From the NCBI GenBank assembly GCA_000002435.2, contig CM018789.1: 64,000 nucleotides of DNA, one strand, 5' to 3'. Within the stretch, counting starts at the first letter, position 1. Every line of letters begins with the position of its first letter. A program made the position numbers and the translations under genes. The notes under the pieces are model-generated. The model worked only from the letters and a program-made list of their open reading frames with translations, searched no databases and was not told the DNA's origin. Positions 38,215 to 48,856 of this stretch are shown here, one piece after another. Source of the stretch: Giardia intestinalis. Its lineage: Eukaryota.

Positions 38215-40452
38215 ATGTCACATAAAGGACCTCTCGTTTTTGACCTTCGTCCGGATACATCGTATAACTTGACCACGTACATAGATGTCTACGGGGATCA
38301 AGGTAAAGGTGGGCGACAAGAGGATGACGACACCCAGACTCTAGACACGGGCACGATCCAGTGTGGTGTCTTCCACCACCACTACCAAGATCTCTATGCG
38401 TGCGCCACAACGGGTAACATTTTTCTGATTAATATGGCCACAGGAACCTTGATGCGTTCATATTCACTTCAAAACATAGGGGTAGTAAAGCAGATGCTCT
38501 TCGTTAGTCCCATTCGCAGAGTAGTGCGGCGTGTCCCCAAAAAAGGAGATGACACAGTTATCTTCGACCAGCCGTGCTTCTATAACCCGTGTCTGGACGA
38601 CCTGTACATAGCCTTCATTGTTCAGTATCCTTTGGCTCAGTCGACAATTCTCTATCTGCTTGACCTTATGTCCCCCACTCCGGAGCTCTATCAGTATGTC
38701 CAGTCGGATGTTATCCTCTCCATTGCTACTCCTGTCTCCGGGGTTCAACTGAACGTTACCACTGCTCCAACCGTCAGTGAAGTAGAGAGCAAGCCATTTG
38801 GTGATTACTACAGCGTTTCTGAAAACGGACGCGTCCCTTACATGGTCATTGCGCTGTCGATGAAGTACCAAGTTTGCATCCTGTCGTTTCTGGCACCCAT
38901 GAACTTGATCTGCTCCCAAGATGCTCAGCGATCTCCACTAGAATTCTGCACCCTTCAGATAGCCTCACCCATACAGCTCGCCAACGCTATCTTCATTGCG
39001 TTTGGTAGTAAACCATGGAGTCTCTTCATCTGCAAGGGATCGTCCGTGTTCATGTACAACTTAGAGCTGGCCAAGCAAGAGGGCAACAGAGATGCGGCGA
39101 CAAATAGTGCCTTGAAATGGGTTGAGGAGCAGCGCATGAATCTCTTTCAACATTTCCACAGCCGTCGGGCCACCATGGACGCCTATTTTCTAGACAACTT
39201 TGCCGCATACACGGCCATATCTGAGTCCATGAGGTTGCCCTTTAACAACTGCAAACTTGCACTCCACTGGACACTCGACCAGTCACTAAGTAAGATTGAG
39301 CAACTGCTGCTACGTCAAGGAAATCCTGTTGTTGTGGCGCGGAGCAAACTATTGAAAGGCCATGTGCTTGAGATAAAGGCAATCTCTGTGGCTCCGGCTA
39401 GGGATTATCTCGCTCTAGCGACGGAGGCGTTTGTTCTCCTGTTTTCTATTTCTCTGCAGAAAATTTTGGCAGTGCTCACATATCCAGCGCCTGAGAATAT
39501 TGGTTTTGTTAACGTAACTCTTAATTTTATTAGCGGTGTCGATGAGGAAGGCGACGGAGCCGATTGCCGTTCCATTGCAAGTCACGAACTGGAGAATGCA
39601 AACGAGCAAGACCATGCAAATGATGTGGCCAATCTAGATGACTTTGACCTCTTCGCTGATGAGGCCGTTTCAATAGACAACGGTGATTCCCCTAATTCTG
39701 AGCCCACTCTGAAAAAGATAACGAACGAACCAGCCCTAAGCCCCTTAACACGAGATGCCATTCAACGCTTGATGTCTATGCCCTGCATCCTGGATACAGC
39801 AGTTCTTTCAGATATTAGCACTAGCACCACTGGCAAAACAACCAAGAACATCGTCAGCGCCGAGCTTGTCTCCCGGGATCCGTACCTTTACTTCATGAAC
39901 GAAAGTAACGTTGAGGTGCAACGAAGCGAAACAGTTAAGCAGCATTACAAGTTAGTAGACTTCATTTCTCGTCATAAGCACATGTACCCCGTTTTTCTAT
40001 CTCTTTACAACAAACACATAGATTCTATCAATCAATTCAGAATGGATCGTATCCTTTCAAGGCAATTAGGAGCCGCTCAGCAGAAGCAAGCCCATCCCCT
40101 AGCAAATGTGCCATCTATAGCATGTAAATCAGTGGCCTTCACCCCACAGCTGCATGTAGACCTTTCTCTCCACCAGAGTTTTGAATTCCTGTGCAACGGC
40201 TCAAGGCTTGTTCTGGCCTCAATGTGCGGTATTGGAAGACCTGTTGTCTGGAACCTGTCAGGTTTGGACGCATTTGCAGAGAAATGTAAGTCTAGGGAAA
40301 ACAGCACACTGATTCTTCCGGGATACTTGTGGAGCCTTGCTGTCCTTGAGGAGAAGGACCTTAGCTCCGCCAATGTTTGCCAGTTTAACCCTATCAGTGG
40401 GTTTATGATCAAGAACGTAGGCTCTCAACTGCGCATTTACATGCCAAAGTAG
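38215..40452 (+). CDS. hypothetical protein (745 aa)
   Basis: Long ORF with ATG 38215 after AAAAATG. Acidic low-complexity middle (DEEGDGADCRS...DDFDLFADE). No domain recognised. Confidence 0.6.
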   Translation: MSHKGPLVFDLRPDTSYNLTTYIDVYGDQGKGGRQEDDDTQTLDTGTIQCGVFHHHYQDLYACATTGNIFLINMATGTLMRSYSLQNIGVVKQMLFVSPIRRVVRRVPKKGDDTVIFDQPCFYNPCLDDLYIAFIVQYPLAQSTILYLLDLMSPTPELYQYVQSDVILSIATPVSGVQLNVTTAPTVSEVESKPFGDYYSVSENGRVPYMVIALSMKYQVCILSFLAPMNLICSQDAQRSPLEFCTLQIASPIQLANAIFIAFGSKPWSLFICKGSSVFMYNLELAKQEGNRDAATNSALKWVEEQRMNLFQHFHSRRATMDAYFLDNFAAYTAISESMRLPFNNCKLALHWTLDQSLSKIEQLLLRQGNPVVVARSKLLKGHVLEIKAISVAPARDYLALATEAFVLLFSISLQKILAVLTYPAPENIGFVNVTLNFISGVDEEGDGADCRSIASHELENANEQDHANDVANLDDFDLFADEAVSIDNGDSPNSEPTLKKITNEPALSPLTRDAIQRLMSMPCILDTAVLSDISTSTTGKTTKNIVSAELVSRDPYLYFMNESNVEVQRSETVKQHYKLVDFISRHKHMYPVFLSLYNKHIDSINQFRMDRILSRQLGAAQQKQAHPLANVPSIACKSVAFTPQLHVDLSLHQSFEFLCNGSRLVLASMCGIGRPVVWNLSGLDAFAEKCKSRENSTLILPGYLWSLAVLEEKDLSSANVCQFNPISGFMIKNVGSQLRIYMPK

Positions 40453-40497
40453 CGTTTGCTGAAGGCAATCTATCGGCAAAATTCCCTCAAGTAAATC

Positions 40498-42045
40498 ATG
40501 CTGTCTCAAGAGCTAGCCTCAGCAAGCTCTCCAGCCATCTTGGAAGACATACTTACCCTGTACTCTGGTACAAGCAAGGAACAAGTGCGTGCAGCACTTC
40601 GGGATGGCAATACAAAGCGCCTTGAGAAATTGCTTCTAGTTGAGCCTCTAAAGAATCTGTGTCGGATATTTTCATGGATCTTTGCACTCGATCTCCCCAA
40701 AACTATGCTTAAGCAACAAGCTGCTGAGCTGCTGGCCACCAACTGGAGAAGGTGCATGTCCTCCGCATCACGATGGAGTGTCCCAAGCAGCAATGATACA
40801 GCTCTGATGAATGCATATTTGGAGCTAGCGAAGAAGTACAATGTGTCATGGCTCAATTACGTCGTGGAGAAAACAAAAACCAACTTCATTCCATATCGCG
40901 AAATGGCGTTCCACAGCACTTTAGCCACTGGCTTCTCGCCGTACTATAAAGTTATTGCAAACATAGCCATCTTTAGCTTGCTTGGAAAGCCCGATGCAGA
41001 TAAAACTATCGTCCTTGAGATCCCCAAGGAGGTCTGTGATTGCATAGTCAATGATACCGCAGCCAGGATTATTATGTACTCGTTCTACGAGGTGCTTAAA
41101 GACTCCAAATTTCCTGCATTGCAGATCATGCGCTGGGAAGATGTTAAAGCTTCAACGGCAGATCTATCCATTTACGTCAACGGTCAGAAGGTAGTATTAA
41201 CCTCCTTTAAAGCCAAGAACCAAATAGCAATGCTCAAGGCCAAAGATCCTCAAGTCGTTCCCACCTCAACAGACCTGACGGCGCCTATAAAGTACGTCTT
41301 AGAGCAATCCTCATGCGGATATGCATACATAGACTTCAGTATAGCCACATTTCCTGCCCACCCAGACGCAGGGTCAGAGACCTATAAGTACCAAGCCCCC
41401 TACGTAGCACTGTATCTTGCAAAAGCTCTGAGCACAGCCGAAATATACCATCTATTAATGGCTCGGCCTATGCTGACAACCACTAAGCTGAAGCAACTCA
41501 TTCAGGAGAAAGAAACCCTATACGCAAAAGAGTTCTCTACGCTAATCTCCACTTGCACCACTGCCAACATTGAGACTTCAGTGGACACAGCAAAGCCCTC
41601 CGCAACTCCGCCTCTTTTCCTCAATTATGTATCCTTTGTAGACCAAGTGCGCACAGTCTCCAACAATGTCGCACAGACGGACGAGTATGAGAGTGATATT
41701 GAAATTGCTGATGAGCTCATCTACCTTGAGTCACATCTTACTCGAAAGAAAATCAAGATTCCTGTGCGCTCCTCAAACTGTCGCCATTTTAATCGAGTGA
41801 TGGATCTGGAGGAATATATTCAAGGGTGTAAAGAAACCAACTTGTGGAATTGCACTGTTTGTGGAGAGCCTGCTACCTTTGTGCAATTACATATTGATGC
41901 CTTCTATTGGTTCCTTCTTAACATAGTCCGTGTTACCCAAGATGTGATCCATCTGGACACGAACACAGGAGAGATTCAACTGGGAAGCGGGTGTGACGAC
42001 AACTCTGTGTCTTCTCCCAGTGGCTGGTCCTTTGGAGGTGATTAG
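40498..42045 (+). CDS. SP-RING (MIZ-type zinc finger) protein, PIAS/Siz-like putative SUMO E3 ligase
   Basis: KIKIPVRSSNCRHFNRVMDLEEYIQGCKETNLWNCTVCGEPATFVQLHIDAFYWFLL fits the SP-RING consensus P-x-R-x-x-x-C-x-H-x-x-CFD-x-x-x-(F/Y)-(L/I)-x-x-N-x-x-x-x-x-W-x-CPVC-x-x-x-x-x-x-x-L-x-ID-x-(F/Y). Confidence 0.7.
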   Translation: MLSQELASASSPAILEDILTLYSGTSKEQVRAALRDGNTKRLEKLLLVEPLKNLCRIFSWIFALDLPKTMLKQQAAELLATNWRRCMSSASRWSVPSSNDTALMNAYLELAKKYNVSWLNYVVEKTKTNFIPYREMAFHSTLATGFSPYYKVIANIAIFSLLGKPDADKTIVLEIPKEVCDCIVNDTAARIIMYSFYEVLKDSKFPALQIMRWEDVKASTADLSIYVNGQKVVLTSFKAKNQIAMLKAKDPQVVPTSTDLTAPIKYVLEQSSCGYAYIDFSIATFPAHPDAGSETYKYQAPYVALYLAKALSTAEIYHLLMARPMLTTTKLKQLIQEKETLYAKEFSTLISTCTTANIETSVDTAKPSATPPLFLNYVSFVDQVRTVSNNVAQTDEYESDIEIADELIYLESHLTRKKIKIPVRSSNCRHFNRVMDLEEYIQGCKETNLWNCTVCGEPATFVQLHIDAFYWFLLNIVRVTQDVIHLDTNTGEIQLGSGCDDNSVSSPSGWSFGGD

Positions 42046-42099
42046 AGCCACCTCGCAGGTTCTTGCTCAAATTAAAATAACGTGCACCCAGAGACCTAC

Positions 42100-44418
42100 A
42101 TGCAGGGTGGTCCTCATGCGCAGCCTGATGAACCCTTGTCGCTGAGCCCCACCGCAGACGATATAATTAACATGTATTGCCAGCAGATGAACCTCATGAA
42201 AGAGGAATACGGTAAAAGACTGTCAGAGCTCTATGCGACTGTTAGCAGCTCATTGGAATATGTACAGACTCTTCAAGACATTGTTCCGTATAACAATACA
42301 CAACTATCTAGTTCACGTGCGCCTTCTGGGCCTTCAACCGAGAAGTCTGATGGAGGCGTCACTCCCCAGGGTCACATAGGTTCCAGTATTAGTCAACATC
42401 TACTCAATGTCTTTAGGGAGTCACTCGAATCCGAAAAAGAGCTAAAGATTCAGGTGCTGATGGACGACCTGGCGCGCACAAAGGGCATTGTTAATGTTAT
42501 GGAAAGTAAGCTCTGTGAAAGCATGGGTACTTCCCAGAAGCTAACCAGAGAGCTGGATGAGCACAAGAAGCAGCTGCAGAATACCTCAACCTACACACAT
42601 AGTATCAAAAAGCGTGCCGCAAGCCTGGAGGCGGAGCTCAATTCACTACAACCACAGATCAACTCACTCACTCACCTCCAGGATAAGCTTATAGGTTTAG
42701 AAAAGCGCTCCAAGGCAAAGCAGGACGATTACAAGCGGCAACTTTCAACCCTTAAAGCCGACGTAAGCAAATTGGAATCGGAGAATGCCCTTTTAAAGCA
42801 CGATCAGGTCAATGTTTTTCAATTAAGGAACGAGTTAAATGATCTCCGGCTTAAGTACAATGTCCTGTATAAAGAGTATCAGGAGCTACAGAGCACTCAC
42901 TCCATTGCTCAGTATGATCTGCAGGCAAAGACAAAAACCCTTAGTGCAATGAAGTCAGCTAACACTCATCACATTTTAAAGGAGAAAGCAGCGTCGGATT
43001 CAATAAAATTAGCCGTGGATGCAGAGCTGAAGGACCAGCGCCGGTTGCTGTCAGAACTTGTTGAACAGGTTCGTCAGCAAGGCTCAGATCTCAAGAAATT
43101 GTCGAGCACCTCACCAGAGGAAATGGGAGTGGCTCTGGCAAACATTTTGTCAAAGCACCAGACCAACATTGACCGCCTATCAGTAGCAGCACTGGGCTCT
43201 GGTCAGGTATACTCCGGAGGAACCCCCTTTCATGGGGATCCAAACTATTTATATGATTATACTGGAACACCAGTGACTCAGCAGACCCACATTTCTATTG
43301 CACGACATACAGAGGCCATGAGGGCCCTTGAAGATGAGATTTGGCATAGAGCAGAGTCAAAGTACAAAACCTTGTTATTCAATGCAGAGTCGGACCTTCA
43401 AAGAAGACTCTCAGAAGCCAGGGACGAGTTCTATCAAAAGGAGATACAGCTCAAGAGACAAGTTCAAGAAGCTTTATCCAAAGGGACTGATAAGGTGCAG
43501 GATGAGCTAAGCAAGCTTCGCGAAGAATGTGCAAGTCTCAAGACGCTCTGCAGCCATAAGGACCTAGAAATGGACCGATTGACCCATATGCTAAACGCTG
43601 CACAGGAAGATATCGCCCGTTTCCAAACAGCCAACAGAGATTTACTTCAGTCTGCTGAAAGCTATCGCAATAGTCTGGAGTATTATGAAAACCTTAGTAA
43701 GCAAAGCATTTCTGCAAGAGGATTAATCAAGCTGTGCCATGATGAATTGAAGGAGATCAAGCGCCGCGTTCTAGATCTCAAAAAGACCCAGTTTTCTCCT
43801 TCAGACTGGCGAGAAGAGCAACGAGTTGGTGACGCTGAACTACTCTTCTCAGCCATAGCTGGAGATCTAAAGCTGACTTTCTCAGATGGCGGTTTGGCCC
43901 AGGTCCTTACGCCCATTGGAAACATGATAAAGACCAGTGTGGAGCACATAAAACAGCAGACAATCCGGATTAATGATGAGAAGTGGATGGCACAGATCCA
44001 CCAGATGGAGCGCGACTACGGGGATCAGATTGCATACATTATGAATGACAACGAAAAGCTGAAACAAACAATCATTGCGCTGCGCGAGAGAATGCAGGTC
44101 GAGATGGTTAAGCTTTTGGGAGTAGAGCTCACAGACATGCACGACAGATGCGCTACTCAATTGGATAATTTAAAATATGAAGCCGAAAGCATGAAGACCG
44201 CACTCGATGAATTTCTCAAGAATCGTCCTCATCAGCTTGCTGAGGCACGTTTGATGAGCTCCCCTATCGCACCTGGCCCTGCCTCCAAGGGAACTCCACT
44301 GACTTACAAGACACAGGCCGTCACACCGGGTCTTCTCATAGATGCGACACTCCCCACATTCGTGACTCCAGGAACTGTTCTGGAGCCAGCCACAGAGGGA
44401 AATGGCGGGACGCGGTAG
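42100..44418 (+). CDS. coiled-coil protein (about 772 aa), hypothetical
   Basis: Track start 42082 is GTG, so the start was re-set to ATG 42100. Heptad-rich from about residue 100 to 700. Confidence 0.65.
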   Translation: MQGGPHAQPDEPLSLSPTADDIINMYCQQMNLMKEEYGKRLSELYATVSSSLEYVQTLQDIVPYNNTQLSSSRAPSGPSTEKSDGGVTPQGHIGSSISQHLLNVFRESLESEKELKIQVLMDDLARTKGIVNVMESKLCESMGTSQKLTRELDEHKKQLQNTSTYTHSIKKRAASLEAELNSLQPQINSLTHLQDKLIGLEKRSKAKQDDYKRQLSTLKADVSKLESENALLKHDQVNVFQLRNELNDLRLKYNVLYKEYQELQSTHSIAQYDLQAKTKTLSAMKSANTHHILKEKAASDSIKLAVDAELKDQRRLLSELVEQVRQQGSDLKKLSSTSPEEMGVALANILSKHQTNIDRLSVAALGSGQVYSGGTPFHGDPNYLYDYTGTPVTQQTHISIARHTEAMRALEDEIWHRAESKYKTLLFNAESDLQRRLSEARDEFYQKEIQLKRQVQEALSKGTDKVQDELSKLREECASLKTLCSHKDLEMDRLTHMLNAAQEDIARFQTANRDLLQSAESYRNSLEYYENLSKQSISARGLIKLCHDELKEIKRRVLDLKKTQFSPSDWREEQRVGDAELLFSAIAGDLKLTFSDGGLAQVLTPIGNMIKTSVEHIKQQTIRINDEKWMAQIHQMERDYGDQIAYIMNDNEKLKQTIIALRERMQVEMVKLLGVELTDMHDRCATQLDNLKYEAESMKTALDEFLKNRPHQLAEARLMSSPIAPGPASKGTPLTYKTQAVTPGLLIDATLPTFVTPGTVLEPATEGNGGTR

Positions 44419-44460
44419 TTTACATGGTACACCAAAGCAATTCCAACACAGCAATTAAAG

Positions 44461-46974
44461 CTATACCTCTGTGGTATCCTTAGTCGACGAAGTCAGCCCC
44501 TCTCCTTCTACTTTTGAGGTAGAATGCCCGTTGCTATGTGCTTTCTTCATCCGTCTGCGGTTTGCGAACTCTCGCAAGCGCTCTATAACGCTTGGAACTC
44601 TCTGCCACGTACCTTCGGCTTTACATTTCTTGACATGCTGGCTGTATTTCACACACCGGAAGATAAAGTATCCTGTCAGCGAACCAATGAGCAGAGCTAG
44701 GATAATTGCCAAGCTAGTGTAAACTCCTGTCTCTAAAGCAGATACAGGCTGGTCCCATTTTTCGGGCTGTCTGACGCAGACCCCTGTTTCTGTAAGCATA
44801 TAGCCATCTATGCAGGAATAGAAGCTGCAAAGGTCTTCGTTATACCTGTCCTTTTGGGTATCACATGGATTAGCATAAATCCCCCCTCCCATGGAGGTGC
44901 AATACTTGCTGATTTTCATTTGAAATGGGTAGCACGTTGAGGACGCCTTTTTATAAGCCTCCACGGCCAACGTTAGATATGTGGTATGGTCCATATAACG
45001 TGACCCACCTGGTGGCCAATAATTAATATAATCATCCACCGGATTGTTGACGTACTCCAGCGGCGTCTTGACAGCATCGAAGGGCTGGCTCCAATTCCAT
45101 GAGAAGACCTGCTCGAATGCCCACCGATGTAGAGCTGTTGTGGGAAGCTTTTTGAGTCCAATGTGTGTTTCGTATTGGGGAGCGAAGGAGTCATCGAAGA
45201 TATATTGCGAGTCCATGACGGATCCTCCAGCAAAGCTCGCTACATCCATGTCCACAAAGCGATTCTCAGCATCCGTTTGGTTTCTGATCCTTCGGAGCGC
45301 CGGGTTGCCGCCCATTCCCATCCACACTCCCATGTGGGCCTCTCGCGCCCTCTTCGCAAAACACGCGCATGTCGATCCACAGGTGCCATCGGTAACAAAA
45401 ACGAGGCGCGAATTTCCAGACTCCTGTAGAAACTTTGGCGTCTTGATGTTCACAAGGCGTTCAAAGTCCTCCCGGAAGTCCACCTCATCATAGGCTAGGT
45501 CAAACGTGTAGATTCCGGAGAGGGCTTCCTCGTGCCCCGTCATATAAAGAAGATGCTCTGTCTCGCCTGTGTACCACGCGTTGTTCTTGTAACGCATCCA
45601 ATTACTAAGCCTGTACCTATCTTGCATTGAGAAATTGCCTCGAGAAGAGTAGAACTCCGCGTAGGGCGACTTGCGAACGGTATAGTTACCATACAGTGGA
45701 TTGATGTAGGGCGCAAGAACATGAAGAGTGCGGTATCCCAACGTCACATATCCTCCGCCGTTACGAGCAACATTAACTATCAGGAATGGATCAGCGATAT
45801 GCGTGTTATCAAGAATAGACATGGCAGCTTCGAAATCGTCTACATATTGCTTAGGGCTTTCAGGGGCAAAGGTCGGAATATTAAGGAGGTACCCAACGTG
45901 CTTGGTGTTTTTATAGAGGGAGTAGAGTGTGACATCCACTCCTGAGTGACTTACATCAATATAATACTCGTCTCCGTTATCAGTTAGTATCGGAGAAGCT
46001 TGAGTATGCTGAGTAGGACTTCTCGTACGTTCTTCCATGGTATCACTTAAAAATCTAGCAAGTGGAGTTCCCTGCTTCCCGGTTATCTCCAGAGAACCAG
46101 AGTCAGCGTCAGTGTGCGTATTCATAATGTATGCCTTAAGGTCAGCCACACCCCTGATTTCAGTAGTCACGTAGCCAAAGAAGGGAAGCTCGATGATGGA
46201 ATTGTCAGAGAGCTCAATGGAAAGAACCTCTGTATCCAGTGGACTGCCAGTTCTCCCCGGCCATCCGAACGACCGGAGACTCCTAACATAGAAGTCGGTG
46301 TTCAAGGCAGCATTAAATCTAGCATGTGGGTTTTTAGAGATATAAACCACATCATCTGCAAATCTCTGCATGGCCTCTGCCACAGGTATGCCATTAATAG
46401 ACAAAATGCGCTGGTCGATGAACTGGTCGATGTTGATGCCTTGTTCTCTAAGCTTTTTCCTGTACTCCCAAGTAACAAACTGGTACTCCGGAGGGAGCTC
46501 TGTTAGCGTATACTCCAGGACACGGTTGCGGTATATTGCCGTGACAGTGAGCGGCAAGACAATGCGAATAAAGGAGTATCCCTGTGGCTTGTCATACCGT
46601 GTATGCGGGTCCTTGAGTCTAAGGTAAATGGCTGACACTGCATCATGGAAGTCGAAGTCCGTTGTGTACTCCTCTATGTTATCACGAATGGATTGAAGCT
46701 CTCTTTTGACATCTGTGTGAGGGAGCTTGTACGCGTTTGTAGGGACGTCATATGGGGCAATGGGCTCCTTAGCCATCTCACCAAAGACGTACATTTCACT
46801 TAGTTTGAGAAGTGTGTCGATGGTGGGGTACCCCACGCCGTTCTTGTCCAATGGTATTGAATCGAAGCAGGCACGTAACTGACTGAGCTCAAGAACTTCA
46901 TTCGTGTGAGGGAAGTAGCACGGATCTGTCGTTAAGGCCACAACATACACGAGAAGAAGGCAGCCCAGTCCCAT
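44461..46974 (-). CDS. type I membrane protein (837 aa): signal peptide, large ectodomain, single C-terminal TM and short basic tail
   Basis: N-terminal MGLGCLLLVYVVALT is signal-like. C-terminal YTSLAIILALLIGSLTGYFIF is a TM helix, followed by RCVKYSQHVKKCK. The ectodomain segment VFVTDGTCGSTCACFAKRAREAH loosely resembles the S41-peptidase active-site block; this is unverified. Confidence 0.7.
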   Translation of the reverse strand: MGLGCLLLVYVVALTTDPCYFPHTNEVLELSQLRACFDSIPLDKNGVGYPTIDTLLKLSEMYVFGEMAKEPIAPYDVPTNAYKLPHTDVKRELQSIRDNIEEYTTDFDFHDAVSAIYLRLKDPHTRYDKPQGYSFIRIVLPLTVTAIYRNRVLEYTLTELPPEYQFVTWEYRKKLREQGINIDQFIDQRILSINGIPVAEAMQRFADDVVYISKNPHARFNAALNTDFYVRSLRSFGWPGRTGSPLDTEVLSIELSDNSIIELPFFGYVTTEIRGVADLKAYIMNTHTDADSGSLEITGKQGTPLARFLSDTMEERTRSPTQHTQASPILTDNGDEYYIDVSHSGVDVTLYSLYKNTKHVGYLLNIPTFAPESPKQYVDDFEAAMSILDNTHIADPFLIVNVARNGGGYVTLGYRTLHVLAPYINPLYGNYTVRKSPYAEFYSSRGNFSMQDRYRLSNWMRYKNNAWYTGETEHLLYMTGHEEALSGIYTFDLAYDEVDFREDFERLVNIKTPKFLQESGNSRLVFVTDGTCGSTCACFAKRAREAHMGVWMGMGGNPALRRIRNQTDAENRFVDMDVASFAGGSVMDSQYIFDDSFAPQYETHIGLKKLPTTALHRWAFEQVFSWNWSQPFDAVKTPLEYVNNPVDDYINYWPPGGSRYMDHTTYLTLAVEAYKKASSTCYPFQMKISKYCTSMGGGIYANPCDTQKDRYNEDLCSFYSCIDGYMLTETGVCVRQPEKWDQPVSALETGVYTSLAIILALLIGSLTGYFIFRCVKYSQHVKKCKAEGTWQRVPSVIERLREFANRRRMKKAHSNGHSTSKVEGEGLTSSTKDTTEV

Positions 46975-47058
46975 GTGTGACAGACTTTTTTATTTAACTG
47001 GCTGAGCCTGGCGCTGGATGTCACCAAATTCCGGGGACACAGTGCTGAGACTAGTACA

Positions 47059-47065
47059 GTTTACT
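47059..47065 (-). terminator. polyadenylation signal AGTAAAC overlapping the SRP54 stop codon
   Basis: Reverse complement of gtttact at 47059-47065; the TAA stop is embedded (agTAAac). Confidence 0.6.
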
Positions 47066-48653
47066 TTGACATCTTTGCCTTCTGAATCTGCTGGAGTTTT
47101 TTAAGTTGCCCAGCAGACATGTTGCCCATCCCTGTGGCCATCTGCTGAATCTGCTGCATACTCAAGTTGCCTGGCATCTTCATGCCCATGCTTTTTGCGA
47201 TATCTGCCATCTCAGACATATTCTGGAGAGATCCCAAGCCGTTCATCATCTGCTGCATCATTTGTGGGTTCATCTTCATGCTCGAGAAGAGCTCCTGCAG
47301 CGCAGCTGGAGACTTCATCTTTCGTCCCATTTTCCCAAATATCTCACTGAACTCTGTAGCCTTGTCAAAGAACTCTAAGACTTCTTCTATGGTGTGTCCA
47401 GACCCTATTGCGATACGTCTGACGCGCGACCGGAACTTGTCTTCTCCCTCTTTCTTAAGGAGCTCTGTGTTAGAGTCTAGCTCCTTTGCTGCCATAGAGT
47501 CCATGATGGTGTTAAAGATCTGCAAGTGCTTTACCTCTGAATCCATGTCTATGTCCCCAGAGGCGGCCATCTGGGAGAAGCCGGGCACCATAGACGCAAT
47601 CTTCTGCAGGGGCCCCATTTTGTTAAGATTCTTAAGCTGCTCCTTGAAATCACGGAAGGAAAAATGGTTATGGAGCATACGGACAACCGTTTGTATGTGA
47701 GCTTTATGGTCAATGTTTCCTCCCTGCATGGCTTCATGTAACCCCACGATATCACCGTATCCTAACATAACTGACACAAAACGTGACGGATCAAAGAACT
47801 CGAGGTCTTCAATCTTCTCACCTGTGCCGAGAAAGACTATCGGAGCCTTAGTAGCACTGACAGCAGCCAGTGCTCCTCCCCCGCGACTGTGGCCATCAAG
47901 CTTTGTTAAGATTACTGATCCTATTTCAACTGCATTGCTAAAGGCGTCTGCTTGCTCATATGCGGCCTGGCCAATGGATGAGTCTAGGACAAAGACATGG
48001 TCATGGGGCTGCACAGCACTGTCAATTAGTTTCATTTCAGTAAATAACGCCTCCTCTTGCCTGTGACGCCCAGAGGTGTCCAAGATTATGAGCTCAAAGT
48101 TCAAACTTACAAAGTGCTTGACTCCGTCTTGAGCGATCTGAACAGGGTCCTTTTCGGAATAACTGCCGTAAAAGGGAAGCTTTACCGCTGTGCAGTTCTG
48201 CTTCAGCTGGTCAAATGCTCCAGTACGGAAGGTATCGCAGCAAACAAGCCCGACGCGCCACCCCTTCCGCTTGTAATATGCCCCAAACTTGACACACGTC
48301 GTGGTTTTGCCAGCTCCTTGCAACCCTACAAACATAATCACATTAGCCCGATTCCGGACAGGCCTAAAGGGCGGCCGCTCAGGGGAAAGCATAGAAACAA
48401 GCTCCTGGACAACGATGCGCTGAACAACCTGGTGTGTGTTGGCACGTCCTTCCATGATCGCTGGGTCACTCAAGATCTTCGTGGTCATCGATTTTCGCAT
48501 AGGCTCGAGTGTACGGGCAGGTACATCTGCTGCCTCCAGCACTCCGATGAATTCGTCTACCAGCGCATTTACCGCCTCATTTGTCGTCAGCCTTGTCTTA
48601 GCAAACTTGGTTATGACGTTTAGCACATTAGACCCCAATTCGTTGAGGACCAT
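47061..48653 (-). CDS. SRP54: signal recognition particle 54 kDa protein (SRP54)
   Basis: N domain, then G domain with GLQGAGKTTT (G1), DTSGRH, TKLDGHSRGGGALAAV and the family-typical ATKAPIVFLGTGEKIEDLEFF motif. Methionine-rich C-terminal M domain (MKMNPQMMQQMMNGLG...MGMKMPGNLSMQQIQQMATGMGNM). Confidence 0.93.
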   Translation of the reverse strand: MVLNELGSNVLNVITKFAKTRLTTNEAVNALVDEFIGVLEAADVPARTLEPMRKSMTTKILSDPAIMEGRANTHQVVQRIVVQELVSMLSPERPPFRPVRNRANVIMFVGLQGAGKTTTCVKFGAYYKRKGWRVGLVCCDTFRTGAFDQLKQNCTAVKLPFYGSYSEKDPVQIAQDGVKHFVSLNFELIILDTSGRHRQEEALFTEMKLIDSAVQPHDHVFVLDSSIGQAAYEQADAFSNAVEIGSVILTKLDGHSRGGGALAAVSATKAPIVFLGTGEKIEDLEFFDPSRFVSVMLGYGDIVGLHEAMQGGNIDHKAHIQTVVRMLHNHFSFRDFKEQLKNLNKMGPLQKIASMVPGFSQMAASGDIDMDSEVKHLQIFNTIMDSMAAKELDSNTELLKKEGEDKFRSRVRRIAIGSGHTIEEVLEFFDKATEFSEIFGKMGRKMKSPAALQELFSSMKMNPQMMQQMMNGLGSLQNMSEMADIAKSMGMKMPGNLSMQQIQQMATGMGNMSAGQLKKLQQIQKAKMSK

Positions 48654-48856
48654 CGGACACTACAGTAAAAGATTTTAAGGACCTGATATCGATTTAAGGC
48701 AATTTACTCATTGTCAGTTCAGCGGCGCCATAAGACACCACAAGGGACACCTAGCGTGATATGTTATGTTATGCTAGGCTATGCGGACGACAGAAGCCAT
48801 GATCTGCGCTCTGACTCGCCAAAAGCGTACACTTGAAATTGTATCGTTGCCAAAAA

